DNA of 64,000 nt from a virus (Duplodnaviria; Caudoviricetes), in IMG/VR virus record IMGVR_UViG_3300028653_000015, positions 15,116 to 79,115 of that record, one strand, 5' to 3'. This document shows, in pieces, positions 1 to 10,500 of the stretch. Under the pieces are notes generated by a model. The model did no database searches, was not told where the DNA came from, and was given only the letters and a program-made list of their open reading frames with translations. Within the stretch, counting starts at the first letter, position 1, and the number at the start of each line of letters is the position of its first letter. The position numbers were made by a program, and so were the translations under genes.

Positions 1-1402
1 CCAAGTCAACTACTTCGTTGAAGGACAGGAATCCGCAGTCCTCAGGAATTCCGTAGTGTCCTTCCTCAATCACAGACACCTCCTTCAGACCAGGCACCTT
101 GGTTATGATCAGCTGTTCACCAGTAACAGTGTCACACTTGAACCCAGTGCCCTCTGGGGTCTCAACAGTCGCATGAATGTTGACGGGTACAAATGCGATG
201 GCACCCTCTGGAGTGGCGTAGTAGAAGGAGCCAAAACCCTCTGGGTCTGTGTCCAAAAGGTCTGTGTGCCGACCAAGTGGCACACCAGCAATGTTCTCTT
301 GCATTGCCGACTCGCTACCATTCGTAAACAGCGCCATCGGTAGAAGTGTGCCACTGAAGTCCATGACCTTCGGGAACACCCACCCTACTAGCTCTCGGTT
401 CTCATCCTGTGTCTTCACCTTGTAGAGACCGAATTTGTTGACCACTTCGATCTGAAGATCAAGAAGAGTCTCTTTGACCACAGGTTGAGTAGTGATGGTC
501 GTAGTGCCATCAGCCTCTACTCTGGACACCATGTCTCCACCCAGCGCACCTACTGCTGCTGGACGGGGAATGTCTTGAGAGTCTGGAATGAGTGCTTCTG
601 AATTCGCAGTCTTGATCCTAAAGCCACCTTCGATCTTTTGAATTTGCATGACGTTGGGTATGATGGCTCCAGCTACCTTCCTCAGGTAGTCAGGTCCAGC
701 AGCCTCCGCCAGGCTTGCACTACCCAGCTTGTGAAGGAACTCACCAACTACTGGGTTCTTCGTCACTTGTGCATACACAACAGAGTTGTCTGCACCCATC
801 TTCTCGATAACGTCTGCAGCTTGTTCCTCTGTGATGGTGGGTAGAATGGCATCGAATAGGAATGGTAGCTGGGCGCTACTCTCCTTGCCCATACCGGCAG
901 CACCTATGTCCGCCATCATAGGACCACGAGCACCGCCATACTGCCTGTGCGGTGGGTACAGCTGCTCAATCAAAGAGATGTCCCCAGGACGTTCACGAAT
1001 AGCCTCGAACAGGTTGGGCCGGAACAGGGCCTTCTTCAACCGCTCATCCGTCAGGGGTTCTACCTTCCCATCGTACATCAGAACATCCAGCGGCTTGAGC
1101 TTACCGTCCTGGATGATGACTGGAATCAGAGCCTTTTGTCTACCCTTCAACACCTCGGGAGTATCATCATCCCTAGGATTGATCGCCATCTTGTTGAGTA
1201 GTTCTATCTGACCAAGACCATACCTACGGTCTGCATCAATGGTGCGAAGCACGACCTTCGGCGCATAGTCACTGGCGTAGGGCACCTGTCGATACAGTTC
1301 ATCTAAGATCTGTTGAGGCCAGTCATTGGCATCTTCGCTCAAGCCTGCCTCCATGCCAGTCTTTTCGATCTGAATAGGCTCGTTGTCTAGAAACAGGTCC
1401 AT
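1..1402 (-). CDS. Putative virion protein, partial (runs off the left edge; absent from the ORF track)
   Basis: ATG at 1402 after GAGGAG. The frame reads MDLFLDNEPIQIEKTGMEAGLSEDANDWPQQ... and is open to base 1. Contains K-x-A/G motifs. Confidence 0.75.
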   Translation of the reverse strand, partial: MDLFLDNEPIQIEKTGMEAGLSEDANDWPQQILDELYRQVPYASDYAPKVVLRTIDADRRYGLGQIELLNKMAINPRDDDTPEVLKGRQKALIPVIIQDGKLKPLDVLMYDGKVEPLTDERLKKALFRPNLFEAIRERPGDISLIEQLYPPHRQYGGARGPMMADIGAAGMGKESSAQLPFLFDAILPTITEEQAADVIEKMGADNSVVYAQVTKNPVVGEFLHKLGSASLAEAAGPDYLRKVAGAIIPNVMQIQKIEGGFRIKTANSEALIPDSQDIPRPAAVGALGGDMVSRVEADGTTTITTQPVVKETLLDLQIEVVNKFGLYKVKTQDENRELVGWVFPKVMDFSGTLLPMALFTNGSESAMQENIAGVPLGRHTDLLDTDPEGFGSFYYATPEGAIAFVPVNIHATVETPEGTGFKCDTVTGEQLIITKVPGLKEVSVIEEGHYGIPEDCGFLSFNEVVDL

Positions 1403-1412
1403 GATGAACTCC

Positions 1413-1694
1413 TCACGTGATTTTTCCAGGTAGTGGTCCTGTAGGACCAGCAACCGTGACTATAGCTGCGGATAGTATCTGGTTACATACTGCAGTGGCT
1501 ACCGAGTCTGAGATCAGTCTTGCCAAAGTTGGGTCTAGTGTTACTGGTAGCATGCCCGTGACCGCTGACTTTACATCCACCGTCCCATCTGGTTTTGGTG
1601 TCTGCACAGGGGTCATCACAGGCTGCATGCCGATAGGCTTTGCTATCAGCAGAGTATAGATGGCGTCAGACATTGCGGAGGCAACTAGTGGCAT
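1413..1694 (-). CDS. Small protein downstream of the spike gene, possibly baseplate- or spike-associated
   Basis: 93-aa ORF tightly packed between the spike gene and the next gene. Function inferred from position only. Confidence 0.6.
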   Translation of the reverse strand: MPLVASAMSDAIYTLLIAKPIGMQPVMTPVQTPKPDGTVDVKSAVTGMLPVTLDPTLARLISDSVATAVCNQILSAAIVTVAGPTGPLPGKIT

Positions 1695-1697
1695 GAT

Positions 1698-2942
1698 CTA
1701 TTTAAGCATCACTTTCTTGGATAGAATGGACTGCAATGTTCCCGCCTGTATGGGTGGAGAGTACGGCACATGTGTGTGGGTAGCAAGCCACTCCAACAAC
1801 TTTAACCCAAGAGTGCCCGGCTCGGAAGCGTCAGGACCACCTATTTTTGTGAGGGGAGCATCGATTACCTTGATCTTAGCCCAAGTCTCGGTACTTGCAT
1901 CCGACCCAGTGATGTTATGTTCACCTGTGATGGTCTCAGTAACCTTACCCTGCACAGTTACTGAACGGTCTCCGGTTACCTGAATGGTTTGGTCTCCTTC
2001 AACAGTCAGGGAATCGTTACCCTTCACCTCCACCGTACGATTGCCAGCCTGCATGGAGTAGGAGTGGCCATCCTTAGATATCCTCAGTACGTAAGTTGGG
2101 TCTCCCGACACCTGGCCACTTGCTGGATCTATGTTACTGGGTGCAATCACAACCTCTATGAATGTTTTGTCATCACTAGGTCCGCCAGGAGGCTTAGGTT
2201 CTGAATTCAAAGAACCTACGCTAACCTTGATGGAGGCATTCCTGTCTTGTGCAAACTCCCTGGCCAGTAGGGTGAACTCAGTGGGTGCATTGCCCCCAGG
2301 ATCTTTCTCGACAGGATGAACTAGCCAAGACAAAGAACCGGCCGCTGTGTTGAGCTCGTAGTTCTCACAGAAGTCACGAATGTAATTGGCAATAGGGACA
2401 TAGGCACGCTGGCATACGTTCGTAGATCCTATATGAAGAACTCCACCCCTCTTCAAGATCAAAAAGTTCTCATCCCTACCCTGTATCCATATGTCGCCTG
2501 GATTCATTACAGGACGACCAGCACGATAGCTGGCGTCTGTAGTCTTGGGTGTGGTAGTACCACCTGAGTTGGTGGTCTGAGCAGAAGGCATGTCATCAGG
2601 ACTCTCTACATCCGGGTCCTGCGACTCCTGTTGCACATTTCCAGAGGCAGCCCCTACTATTTCTGGAGCTGTGATGAAGCCCATGACAAAAGGAGACTCC
2701 TCATCAGAGGGCCAGCACAACACGCAAATTGCCCCCACCTCCGGGCAGAAGTTGTACCCCTCCCCATTGTTGTAGTGCAGGTAGGGCGACATCACCTGTA
2801 CTCCAGCCATCTGTTTTCCGCTGTGCTGTGCAGTCCAATCCACCGTCATGTTCTGGACGTTTACGCTGGCTATTACACCGGTCTCGAACCTTGCTGTTCT
2901 GTTACCAGTTCTAGAAGCGGAGTTCTTAAAGGAAGCAGCCAT
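1698..2942 (-). CDS. Baseplate central spike, gp5/gpV/VgrG-like
   Basis: N-terminal OB-fold-like region (PEVGAICVLCW...FVMGF), 8-residue beta-helix repeats (GNRTVEVK GNDSLTVE GDQTIQVT GDRSVTVQ) and a C-terminal THTH metal-binding tip. Confidence 0.8.
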   Translation of the reverse strand: MAASFKNSASRTGNRTARFETGVIASVNVQNMTVDWTAQHSGKQMAGVQVMSPYLHYNNGEGYNFCPEVGAICVLCWPSDEESPFVMGFITAPEIVGAASGNVQQESQDPDVESPDDMPSAQTTNSGGTTTPKTTDASYRAGRPVMNPGDIWIQGRDENFLILKRGGVLHIGSTNVCQRAYVPIANYIRDFCENYELNTAAGSLSWLVHPVEKDPGGNAPTEFTLLAREFAQDRNASIKVSVGSLNSEPKPPGGPSDDKTFIEVVIAPSNIDPASGQVSGDPTYVLRISKDGHSYSMQAGNRTVEVKGNDSLTVEGDQTIQVTGDRSVTVQGKVTETITGEHNITGSDASTETWAKIKVIDAPLTKIGGPDASEPGTLGLKLLEWLATHTHVPYSPPIQAGTLQSILSKKVMLK

Positions 2943-2945
2943 AGA

Positions 2946-5900
2946 TCAGTACCACTCCGGATGTTCTTTAGGTGGCTTGCCTAGCTCGGCGGCGTAAACG
3001 ACCGCAGGAATTGGATGTAGGCCGTGTATATGGCTTCTCCATCCCTGTTGTGCTGCGCTGATCACAGTATCTGCCAAACCCTCGTGGTTGAGCTTGGCCA
3101 TCCAATCTTCCTGCATGTCTAGTGGTAGTACATTCACACCCTTGAGTATGGGCTCATGAACTATAGGCCGTTCTCCCTTAGCCATACTTCTATTCAATGA
3201 GGACACGAATGTAGTGGGCGCAAAGTCACCTCGAATGAAGTGTGTGGAAGAGCCTGCATCCTTTATCTTGGTGAGGTTAGTGAGCGCCTTGATCACTACC
3301 TCATGATTACGTCTACGAATTCCTTGACCTTTGTACATGTCATCCAGATTATCTGCCAACATGACCTGTACTGGTTCAATTCCAGTCAGAGGCAGCATCT
3401 CATGCGGGTTCACCCTACCATCTGAGATGGGCAAGCCCTTCTTGACCTCTGTACCAACTACCAAAGGCTTTTTGTCATAGACTGGTACTCCTCTAGACAG
3501 CGGGATGTAGTGCCGCTCCCCCTCTATGAGTACGTTGTGACCTCCAGCCGTATCCTTTTCTATCTTGGTTACTTTACCAGATACTGTGCTCAGTGTTGCT
3601 GAACCTGGCAAATTCTTCGGGAACAGCAACAGGTCTTGCACCTGTTCAAACTGATCAACAAGTGCCGACTTCGATGAGGCAGTACCACCAGTATGGAATG
3701 CTTTCATGGCTAGCTGTGTTGCACGTTCACCTATAGCCTGACCGGCAAGAATGCCTACGTTCAGTCCCCTCTCCGGTAGAGTTCCATTCTCCGTCAGGCC
3801 ATAGCACATCTGACACAGACCAGGTCCATGCAAACAACGCAGCGGAGATCTAACTACCACCTTACCCACATTGTTGTTCCTGAGAGCACTTCGCAACTCT
3901 GGGGTGATTAGTGTGCCTGACTTTACTATCCTGTTGCCAAGTCTGACATCTGCAGCTGTGAATCTATCTAGAATATCTTTCTCATCTACGGATAGAGCGA
4001 TCCCTTTGTTAGTACCACAGTCATGATCTAGAATGAGGTTATTCATCGTAGAGTTGATAACCTGCTTAGTGATATGACCAGGCTCTCTAACTGCCTGAAC
4101 CTTCTGAATGACACCCTTGCGACCACCACTGGTAGCTGTCCAGTAACCGGCAATGTCTAAGCCCTCAGCATAAGACTTACGTACAGGGTTGGGTATGATC
4201 TCCCCTTTATGATTGGCCATGAGCATAGGTGCAGCTCTAGTCTGTCTTACGGTGTCCGTGCCACCCTTCATACCCGTGTTGTGCAACAACATGAGATTGT
4301 TGCCCTCTTCTGGTACGGCCCTCAAGTGGGCATTTAACTCTTCTGTGGCCTTCGCATAGATCTCAATGGCTTTGGCGTCTCTAGACGGCCCTGACAACTT
4401 CTCTACTCGGGCATCCGCCTTGGCTAGTATTTGATCTCTAATTTCCCGTATAGGAGCTACGTCTTTGAGACCAACTGAAAAGGCAGTCTGAGTGGCCCAC
4501 ATGTTGCCTAGATCTTTGAGCTTGTTGATGGACTGTCCGTACTCGTTCTTGTGCTCCTTCGCGATGCGTGTCATCAGCTCTTCTTGAGCTGATGCATTTA
4601 GAGGGTCCGTCTTCCCAAGATACTCTCCCCTCATAACCTCTGGTAATGCACCAGCGACCATGAACCTGCCAACTGTAGAGTGTATACCTCCAACCTTTAT
4701 TTGGTCTGTGAGCTTTACCTCTCCCTTTCTGACCGCAGCCTCCACATCCTGAATCGTAGAGAATTCATGGCTGGTGACAGCTCCTACACGTGTGAGTCCA
4801 TACAAACCCAGCCTACTCTCTCCGGATGGGGAGTACATCAACTTACCAGTAGCGGGACTGAACAGGTTATTGGAGGGGAACATCTTGTGTGCTTCAGCCA
4901 CGGCCTCTGAGCCTACAGGTACGAAGGCACCCATAGCGTCTCCATCGAAGTCCGCATTGAAACCACTGGTGACTAGTGGGTGGATTTGAACAGCCTTTCC
5001 ACCGACAATACGGGGCTTGAATGCTTGGATACCATACTTGTGAAGCACGGGGTCTCGCTTCAGGAGTATTGGCCTACTGAGGATGACCCTATCTAAAGCT
5101 CGGTCTACTATCTCCCCACCCTCTTGCATTTTCTGCTGTGCCTGCAGAGGAGAGATGCCCATCAAATTTCGTAGTTCTCGAATCACGAAAGGCTTGTACA
5201 GTTCTAGAGCTGCAGACTTTGGTATTCCAACCTCATCTAGGCTGAGTGAGGGCTCTGGGACAATCGTTCCACGCATAGTCATATCCTGTTTGCGTGTGAC
5301 CAATTGCTCCTGGAAGAATCCCTCCTTTGGAGGGCCCACCTTGGCACCAGTACTGGGATCTACACGCTTGCCGGCAATGTAGTCCAAGATGCCTCTACGA
5401 ATACCACGTGGGTAGCTGCCTATGCCCGCCAGCGCACGCAAACCATCATACACTTCTTGTCTCAGCTCCACCTTAGACTGATCATCGTCCGGTATGAGCG
5501 GGGACATTTTTGCGTATCTGGATGCAGTCAGATGCAGATTCTTGTACAGACCATTCAAGTCATCTTCACTTATAGTACCGTTTGGAAGGATGGGCAAAGG
5601 ACGCATGGATGGGGGAAGTACTGGCACACTCTGCATCATGTATGCATCACGGGGGCTGACACCGATCTTATCCAGCACCTTCAAAAACTTGACCCGTTTG
5701 TTTACGTCGTCTAGGTAGGACCCCTTGAGTGTTGGCTTCTGCAACTTATCCAAGGCAGCAACCAGGTCCTTCTTCACATTTATCTTTCCTAGTAGTGCAG
5801 CAAAAGCCTTACCACCCACTAGACCGCCCTTAATCTTCAGCGGGTCACCATACTTACCTGTAATGGGATCATAGGCTAGTGTACCTGCGATCAGTCCATC

Positions 5901-8900
5901 ATACTGATTAGTCTTGAGTCCAGTCAGCTTTACTATGGCTCCCTCAAATACTGGATTCGGGAATGCTTCTGGCAATACGAAGTGACTCCACTTATCCCCC
6001 TCCATACCACCTGTAATCTTCTGATCGAATAGACCACCTGGCTCAGGCCGCATGGTTTTAGCAACAGTCATCTTAGATGGATCTTTGAGCTCACCGTTGC
6101 TCATCTCGTGGACTTGCTTATCTGTCATAGGAGAAAGCGTCAGACTGTTTCCAGTCTTCTCTACATTCACATTCAGACCTTTGATCAGACTGATGAACTT
6201 GTTGTACGCAAATGTAGGCTTTGGGGTAGGGAGCAGTTCTCCTGCTTGTAAAGCAGCCCAAAATTGATCTCCTTGGCCTGCATCACTCTTCAATGTATTC
6301 ATCTCGCGAAGGTTTGCTGTAGCTCCGTGAGCAAGCATAGAGTACAGACCCAACACTCCTAGAGACTGAGCGCCATGTGGACCACCGCCTTTGGGTATCT
6401 TGTTCCTATCGTAGGCGTACCCATAACCCAGGGCTCGAGCACTGAGTTTCTTTTCTACCTGGTGGTGCAATTTGAGGACATGCATAGGCCCTACTAGTGC
6501 ATCTCCCATAGGTCTTCCGTTACTAGGATCGTAGACAGTTTCCTTATCCGTCAAGCCATGCTTAGCCAAATCCTGTGTAACCTGGGCATGTAAGTCTGCG
6601 CCTGGTTTGAAGTTCTTGGTAAAGTATGTCTTGCCTGTCTTTTCCGCAATCTTACCTGCAGCAACCTCCAACACCTGCCCTAGGTTGGTTCTACCAGTAA
6701 CACCCAATGGGTTTAAGATCACATCTATGGGCCTACCATCTTTGGTATGTGGCGCCTCATGGTCAGGTATGATCTTAGTAATGATGCCCTTGTTACCGTG
6801 GCGGCCTGTGATCTTGTCTCCAATCTCTAGAGTCTCTTCTGTCTTCACGTGAACGGCAACATTATGACCAGTCTTAACGACCTCTTTCACAACCCCTGGG
6901 TAGTCGTTGTCCCATGTAACACTGGCATCCTTAAATGGCCGTACAATCGACTTGTGCAGTTTGGATAGCTGCACATCCTCCCGCTTCTCTGACTCATTTG
7001 AAGCGCGTAGAGCAGCTATGAGAGTGTCACCAGGCATAACCACCGTGCCAGGCTTGATAACCCCCTCGTCATCAAGCTTCTCAGCTTGGGCTCTATTCAT
7101 ACCAGTGGGTATGTACGCCTGGAACTTACGCTTATCTAGGACGTGAGCCACATCCCTCTCGATTGAGTGCCTGTGTAAATGCTCTGACGTGAGCTTCTTA
7201 GCGGCACTCTCCGTAACTACAATACCATCTTCGTAGTTGTACCCCTTGTATGGCATGAACCCAACACGAAGATTGGTACCCAAAGCCAACACACCGTTCT
7301 TGGTGTAGTTGGTGTCGGCCACCGTCTGCCCAGCCGTTACCTTATCTCCCACCTTTACTATGGGTGTGGAGTGTAGAAAGGCTTTGTCCTCATTCAACGG
7401 AAAGTGATCATAAATCTGAACTTCGTGCCTCTTCCCATCTGCGCCTTTAATAACTACAGCATCTGATTTGATCTGAGCAACAGTGCCACTATCACGAGTA
7501 TGGTGACTAGCAAAGCCTCCAACAAAGTGATCGAAGCTATGTACACCTGCCAAACTCTGTACAAGTGGGGCCTCTCTGTGCAGTAGAGAGACTGATTGCT
7601 CCATTTGCCGACCGGCCATTGTACTTCTGTTCGGGTGGTCAGCTGGCATGAAAGGGATGAGGTTCGATGCAAACGAGAACATTTGCATCGGGTCCTTCAT
7701 TACATAGTCCGCACTCTTTATGGAGCCGTCATAGATCTCATTCTCAAGACCACTGATCTTTATGGAGGGTCCTATGGGTACTGGTTTGCCTTCTACCCAC
7801 TTGACTTGGTCTGGAAGGACTACATGAGACCTGTAGGCAACTGTTGGGTTGACGTCCTCAGTCTTACCAGTATGTAGATTGTACATACGGATGGTGACAT
7901 CATGGCCGTTCTTGGTAACACCTATGGGCAGTCGTAGAGTGATGCCAGTCTCCTTGCCCTCTGGTGTGTGTATGGGATCCAGGTAGCCCAAATGGGACGG
8001 GTCTATCAGCTTCGCTTCATCAGAGACTGTGTGCTCGCTCTTGATACCACCATCTCCTGTGATGGTGGTCTTGAATTGAGCAGAGATCATTTCAAGAGGA
8101 TTGGTCTGGCTTGGTACTGAAGACAAAGAGTTCTTGGAGAACAGCTGCCGTATATGTCTATTGAAGATGTCCGGAGCTATGATGTCTCTGACCTTGTCCT
8201 TCTTGTCTACCGTATTTCCGATCTTACGTAAGATGTCTCTAGAGCCTCGAGTTATTCTCTCAGCTGCAAAGTCCTCCATCGAGTGAAGGTCCTTGAACAT
8301 GATGGCGTCTCTAGGATCTGGCTTGGCCTCTCCACGAGAAATCTTGAGCAACTTGACGGAAGCATCTAGTAGCGTAGCACCAGTCACGTTGGAGTGTGGC
8401 TTACCCAACGTGAGCATGTTGACGTCTGGATTCATCTTGGTGTTATCCATGACTTGCCAGAAGTGAGCACGCATATCCTCTGAAGTCATGATGGACGCGG
8501 GCTTGAGGCCCGTATCAGACTTGTAGAACTTAGCCAACGCCTTGGGCATGTCTGCGTGATTGGCAGCCGCAATATCCTTACCCCACCTCTTCTCTACCTC
8601 CTCTTCCGGCATTCCCATAGCATGGAGTAAAGGCTTGAGAGGTATGTTGGAGTTACCATACCCCATAGAGAACTCACGAGTAGCTGGGTCAAAGTGGATC
8701 TTGAAACCACCTCCTGGTGCATTGAAGTGCGATTCTAATGCACCGTCAGCCTTGATCATATTGTATACGCCAGGCTTCAAACGCCACTGGTTATCTACTT
8801 GGTACTCCTGACCATCAACTATGCTGCTGTATCGGTTAGTGATCTTAGGCAAGCTCATTAGCTTGATCTTCTGCCTATCTATCACCTTACCCGTAGCATT

Positions 8901-9125
8901 GTCCTTCAAAGAGACCGTAGCCTCCACCGGTACCGCCCACGACTTACCCTCAAGTTTGGCCTCCTTCTGAGACCTGAAGTCACCGCTATCCAGGTTGTCC
9001 CTGACAGCTACGTCGTGAAGCTCTAGCGTGTTCTTCTTCCCTACTATCGGGAAGAGACCGCTGACTGCATTTTGTACTCGGTCTTTGAGGAGATCAAACC
9101 CCTCTGCCGGGACAATACGTGCCAC
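2946..9125 (-). CDS. DNA-directed RNA polymerase, fused beta-beta' single chain
   Basis: Beta motifs: HTPEG, GYNYEDGI, GDKITGRHGNKG, LNPLGVTGRTNLGQ, KLHHQVEKK. Beta' motifs: PVLPPSMRP, LKRDPVLH, NADFDGD, RSPLRC..CQMCYG, GERATQLAMKAFHTGG. GTG start with AGGAG. Confidence 0.95.
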   Translation of the reverse strand: MARIVPAEGFDLLKDRVQNAVSGLFPIVGKKNTLELHDVAVRDNLDSGDFRSQKEAKLEGKSWAVPVEATVSLKDNATGKVIDRQKIKLMSLPKITNRYSSIVDGQEYQVDNQWRLKPGVYNMIKADGALESHFNAPGGGFKIHFDPATREFSMGYGNSNIPLKPLLHAMGMPEEEVEKRWGKDIAAANHADMPKALAKFYKSDTGLKPASIMTSEDMRAHFWQVMDNTKMNPDVNMLTLGKPHSNVTGATLLDASVKLLKISRGEAKPDPRDAIMFKDLHSMEDFAAERITRGSRDILRKIGNTVDKKDKVRDIIAPDIFNRHIRQLFSKNSLSSVPSQTNPLEMISAQFKTTITGDGGIKSEHTVSDEAKLIDPSHLGYLDPIHTPEGKETGITLRLPIGVTKNGHDVTIRMYNLHTGKTEDVNPTVAYRSHVVLPDQVKWVEGKPVPIGPSIKISGLENEIYDGSIKSADYVMKDPMQMFSFASNLIPFMPADHPNRSTMAGRQMEQSVSLLHREAPLVQSLAGVHSFDHFVGGFASHHTRDSGTVAQIKSDAVVIKGADGKRHEVQIYDHFPLNEDKAFLHSTPIVKVGDKVTAGQTVADTNYTKNGVLALGTNLRVGFMPYKGYNYEDGIVVTESAAKKLTSEHLHRHSIERDVAHVLDKRKFQAYIPTGMNRAQAEKLDDEGVIKPGTVVMPGDTLIAALRASNESEKREDVQLSKLHKSIVRPFKDASVTWDNDYPGVVKEVVKTGHNVAVHVKTEETLEIGDKITGRHGNKGIITKIIPDHEAPHTKDGRPIDVILNPLGVTGRTNLGQVLEVAAGKIAEKTGKTYFTKNFKPGADLHAQVTQDLAKHGLTDKETVYDPSNGRPMGDALVGPMHVLKLHHQVEKKLSARALGYGYAYDRNKIPKGGGPHGAQSLGVLGLYSMLAHGATANLREMNTLKSDAGQGDQFWAALQAGELLPTPKPTFAYNKFISLIKGLNVNVEKTGNSLTLSPMTDKQVHEMSNGELKDPSKMTVAKTMRPEPGGLFDQKITGGMEGDKWSHFVLPEAFPNPVFEGAIVKLTGLKTNQYDGLIAGTLAYDPITGKYGDPLKIKGGLVGGKAFAALLGKINVKKDLVAALDKLQKPTLKGSYLDDVNKRVKFLKVLDKIGVSPRDAYMMQSVPVLPPSMRPLPILPNGTISEDDLNGLYKNLHLTASRYAKMSPLIPDDDQSKVELRQEVYDGLRALAGIGSYPRGIRRGILDYIAGKRVDPSTGAKVGPPKEGFFQEQLVTRKQDMTMRGTIVPEPSLSLDEVGIPKSAALELYKPFVIRELRNLMGISPLQAQQKMQEGGEIVDRALDRVILSRPILLKRDPVLHKYGIQAFKPRIVGGKAVQIHPLVTSGFNADFDGDAMGAFVPVGSEAVAEAHKMFPSNNLFSPATGKLMYSPSGESRLGLYGLTRVGAVTSHEFSTIQDVEAAVRKGEVKLTDQIKVGGIHSTVGRFMVAGALPEVMRGEYLGKTDPLNASAQEELMTRIAKEHKNEYGQSINKLKDLGNMWATQTAFSVGLKDVAPIREIRDQILAKADARVEKLSGPSRDAKAIEIYAKATEELNAHLRAVPEEGNNLMLLHNTGMKGGTDTVRQTRAAPMLMANHKGEIIPNPVRKSYAEGLDIAGYWTATSGGRKGVIQKVQAVREPGHITKQVINSTMNNLILDHDCGTNKGIALSVDEKDILDRFTAADVRLGNRIVKSGTLITPELRSALRNNNVGKVVVRSPLRCLHGPGLCQMCYGLTENGTLPERGLNVGILAGQAIGERATQLAMKAFHTGGTASSKSALVDQFEQVQDLLLFPKNLPGSATLSTVSGKVTKIEKDTAGGHNVLIEGERHYIPLSRGVPVYDKKPLVVGTEVKKGLPISDGRVNPHEMLPLTGIEPVQVMLADNLDDMYKGQGIRRRNHEVVIKALTNLTKIKDAGSSTHFIRGDFAPTTFVSSLNRSMAKGERPIVHEPILKGVNVLPLDMQEDWMAKLNHEGLADTVISAAQQGWRSHIHGLHPIPAVVYAAELGKPPKEHPEWY

Positions 9126-9190
9126 GAATCTCTCCTAAATGTGTGTTGTTACCCCACCAAACTACCAGAGATACCCGACTGGTGGGTATG

Positions 9191-9217
9191 AAATTGTAAG
9201 TCGGTAAGCGTTATAAG
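9191..9217 (+). promoter_or_regulatory. Putative phage promoter AAA-N18-TATAAG
   Basis: One of five copies upstream of plus-strand units. Followed by the hairpin CAGAAGTAA-7nt-TTACTTCTG (9225-9249). Confidence 0.55.
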
Positions 9218-9489
9218 GATAGTACAGAAGTAAGATAACTTTACTTCTGGCTGTGTCTAAGGTTGACACAGAGGCAACACCTAAGTACAGGGGTTATGTT
9301 TAGATGCCTGAGTCCGACCACCAAGAAACCAGTGGACCTATGGATGATCTCAAGGACAGCCTTTTCGATGAGATCGAAGGTGGAAAAGAGGAGAACTACT
9401 CCGATGCAGGTCAAGACGAGAAATGATTTGGCACTTTGTCTTCAGCCTTTTGGCGGCATATATGACAGTACTAATGATCCCCAGGAAAC

Positions 9490-9993
9490 ATGCTTGCGCC
9501 GCTAATCATCAGACCGAGCTTTGTCTGTAGAATCTGTTCCTCTCCTATGGAGAACGACGACCCAGATGAACCTCCTGAGCCTATAGGAGCAGAGTTAGTA
9601 GTGATCGAAAATGGCAAGATACTCCCTATGCGCAAAGACCCGAACTTCTTTGTGTTCCACTCGTGGGCAGATGTGCCACCTGGTGAACTACCTGAGGGTA
9701 TACAAGCGGAAGTATCTATCTGGCACAAAGAGTGCTTCGATAATGTCTACAACGAGGTAGATGACAGTGTGCACGCTATAAGCACACGATACTGTGCTGT
9801 GTGTGATGGAGATTTCGATGCCAATCCATACGGCAATCAGATCACATTAGGCAGGCTTGATCTAAGCGAGGAAGTGTTTGTAGAAGACGGCTCTGCCGCA
9901 ACCAGAAAACTGTGTAGGCATTGTCTGCACAGGGTATTGGGAGAGGGAGACCCCGAGGAGGGGGCTGCCCTACTAGAGAACAGTTTGTTGTAA
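9490..9993 (+). CDS. Hypothetical acidic protein with CxxC motifs (Zn-binding)
   Basis: 167-aa ORF containing CRIC, HKEC, CAVC and CRHC. Confidence 0.7.
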   Translation: MLAPLIIRPSFVCRICSSPMENDDPDEPPEPIGAELVVIENGKILPMRKDPNFFVFHSWADVPPGELPEGIQAEVSIWHKECFDNVYNEVDDSVHAISTRYCAVCDGDFDANPYGNQITLGRLDLSEEVFVEDGSAATRKLCRHCLHRVLGEGDPEEGAALLENSLL

Positions 9994-10071
9994 TACGGGA
10001 AGGACGAGGTAGCCCACAAGGTGTGGGCTACCTACCGTCCGACCATCACCACAAAGAAAGGAGGAACAGCT

Positions 10072-10500
10072 TTGCCAAGGTACACTGGAGTCATAGATCC
10101 CACGGTACCAGAAGTCACATGGGAGAATTTCAGAGAGATGTGTTTTATGGTTGTTGAAAACCCACTGAATTTCTACCTAGAACTACATAAGGGCGAATTC
10201 GGAATGCGGCCAGTATACGAACCCAGAGGACACAAAGAAGGACAACCAACAGAAACCTGGTGGTTCCCAAAGTTCATCGCAGAAGGATTCGTAGAGAAGT
10301 ACAAGGCAAACATTCCATCAGTTGATCCGAATTGGCCAGACGAAATGGCGGCTGCAGTATACAAGGACTGCAAGCCGTATGAGGAACACCTGGCACGACA
10401 GAAGACTGCAAGAACCTCGCAACACCAGAAGCGGTGGAGATACATAGTCTCCACAAAGCTGTCTGTGGAACAACAGAATAAGAAGGAAGATAGTGGCTAA
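10072..10500 (+). CDS. Hypothetical protein
   Basis: Track ORF 10021-10500. The TTG at 10072 has an AGGAGG RBS. Confidence 0.65.
   Translation: MPRYTGVIDPTVPEVTWENFREMCFMVVENPLNFYLELHKGEFGMRPVYEPRGHKEGQPTETWWFPKFIAEGFVEKYKANIPSVDPNWPDEMAAAVYKDCKPYEEHLARQKTARTSQHQKRWRYIVSTKLSVEQQNKKEDSG

Noticed and set aside
3240-8811. Many short ORFs antisense to the RNAP gene (and to other long genes)
   Set aside because: They are shadow ORFs with no recognisable motifs.
2946-9125. Cellular rpoBC locus, or inteins/introns in the RNAP gene
   Set aside because: The neighbours are spike and portal genes rather than ribosomal protein genes. No intein or homing-endonuclease motifs were recognised.
9263-9291. 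TTGACA at 9263 as a sigma70 promoter
   Set aside because: There is no convincing -10 hexamer at 17-18 nt.
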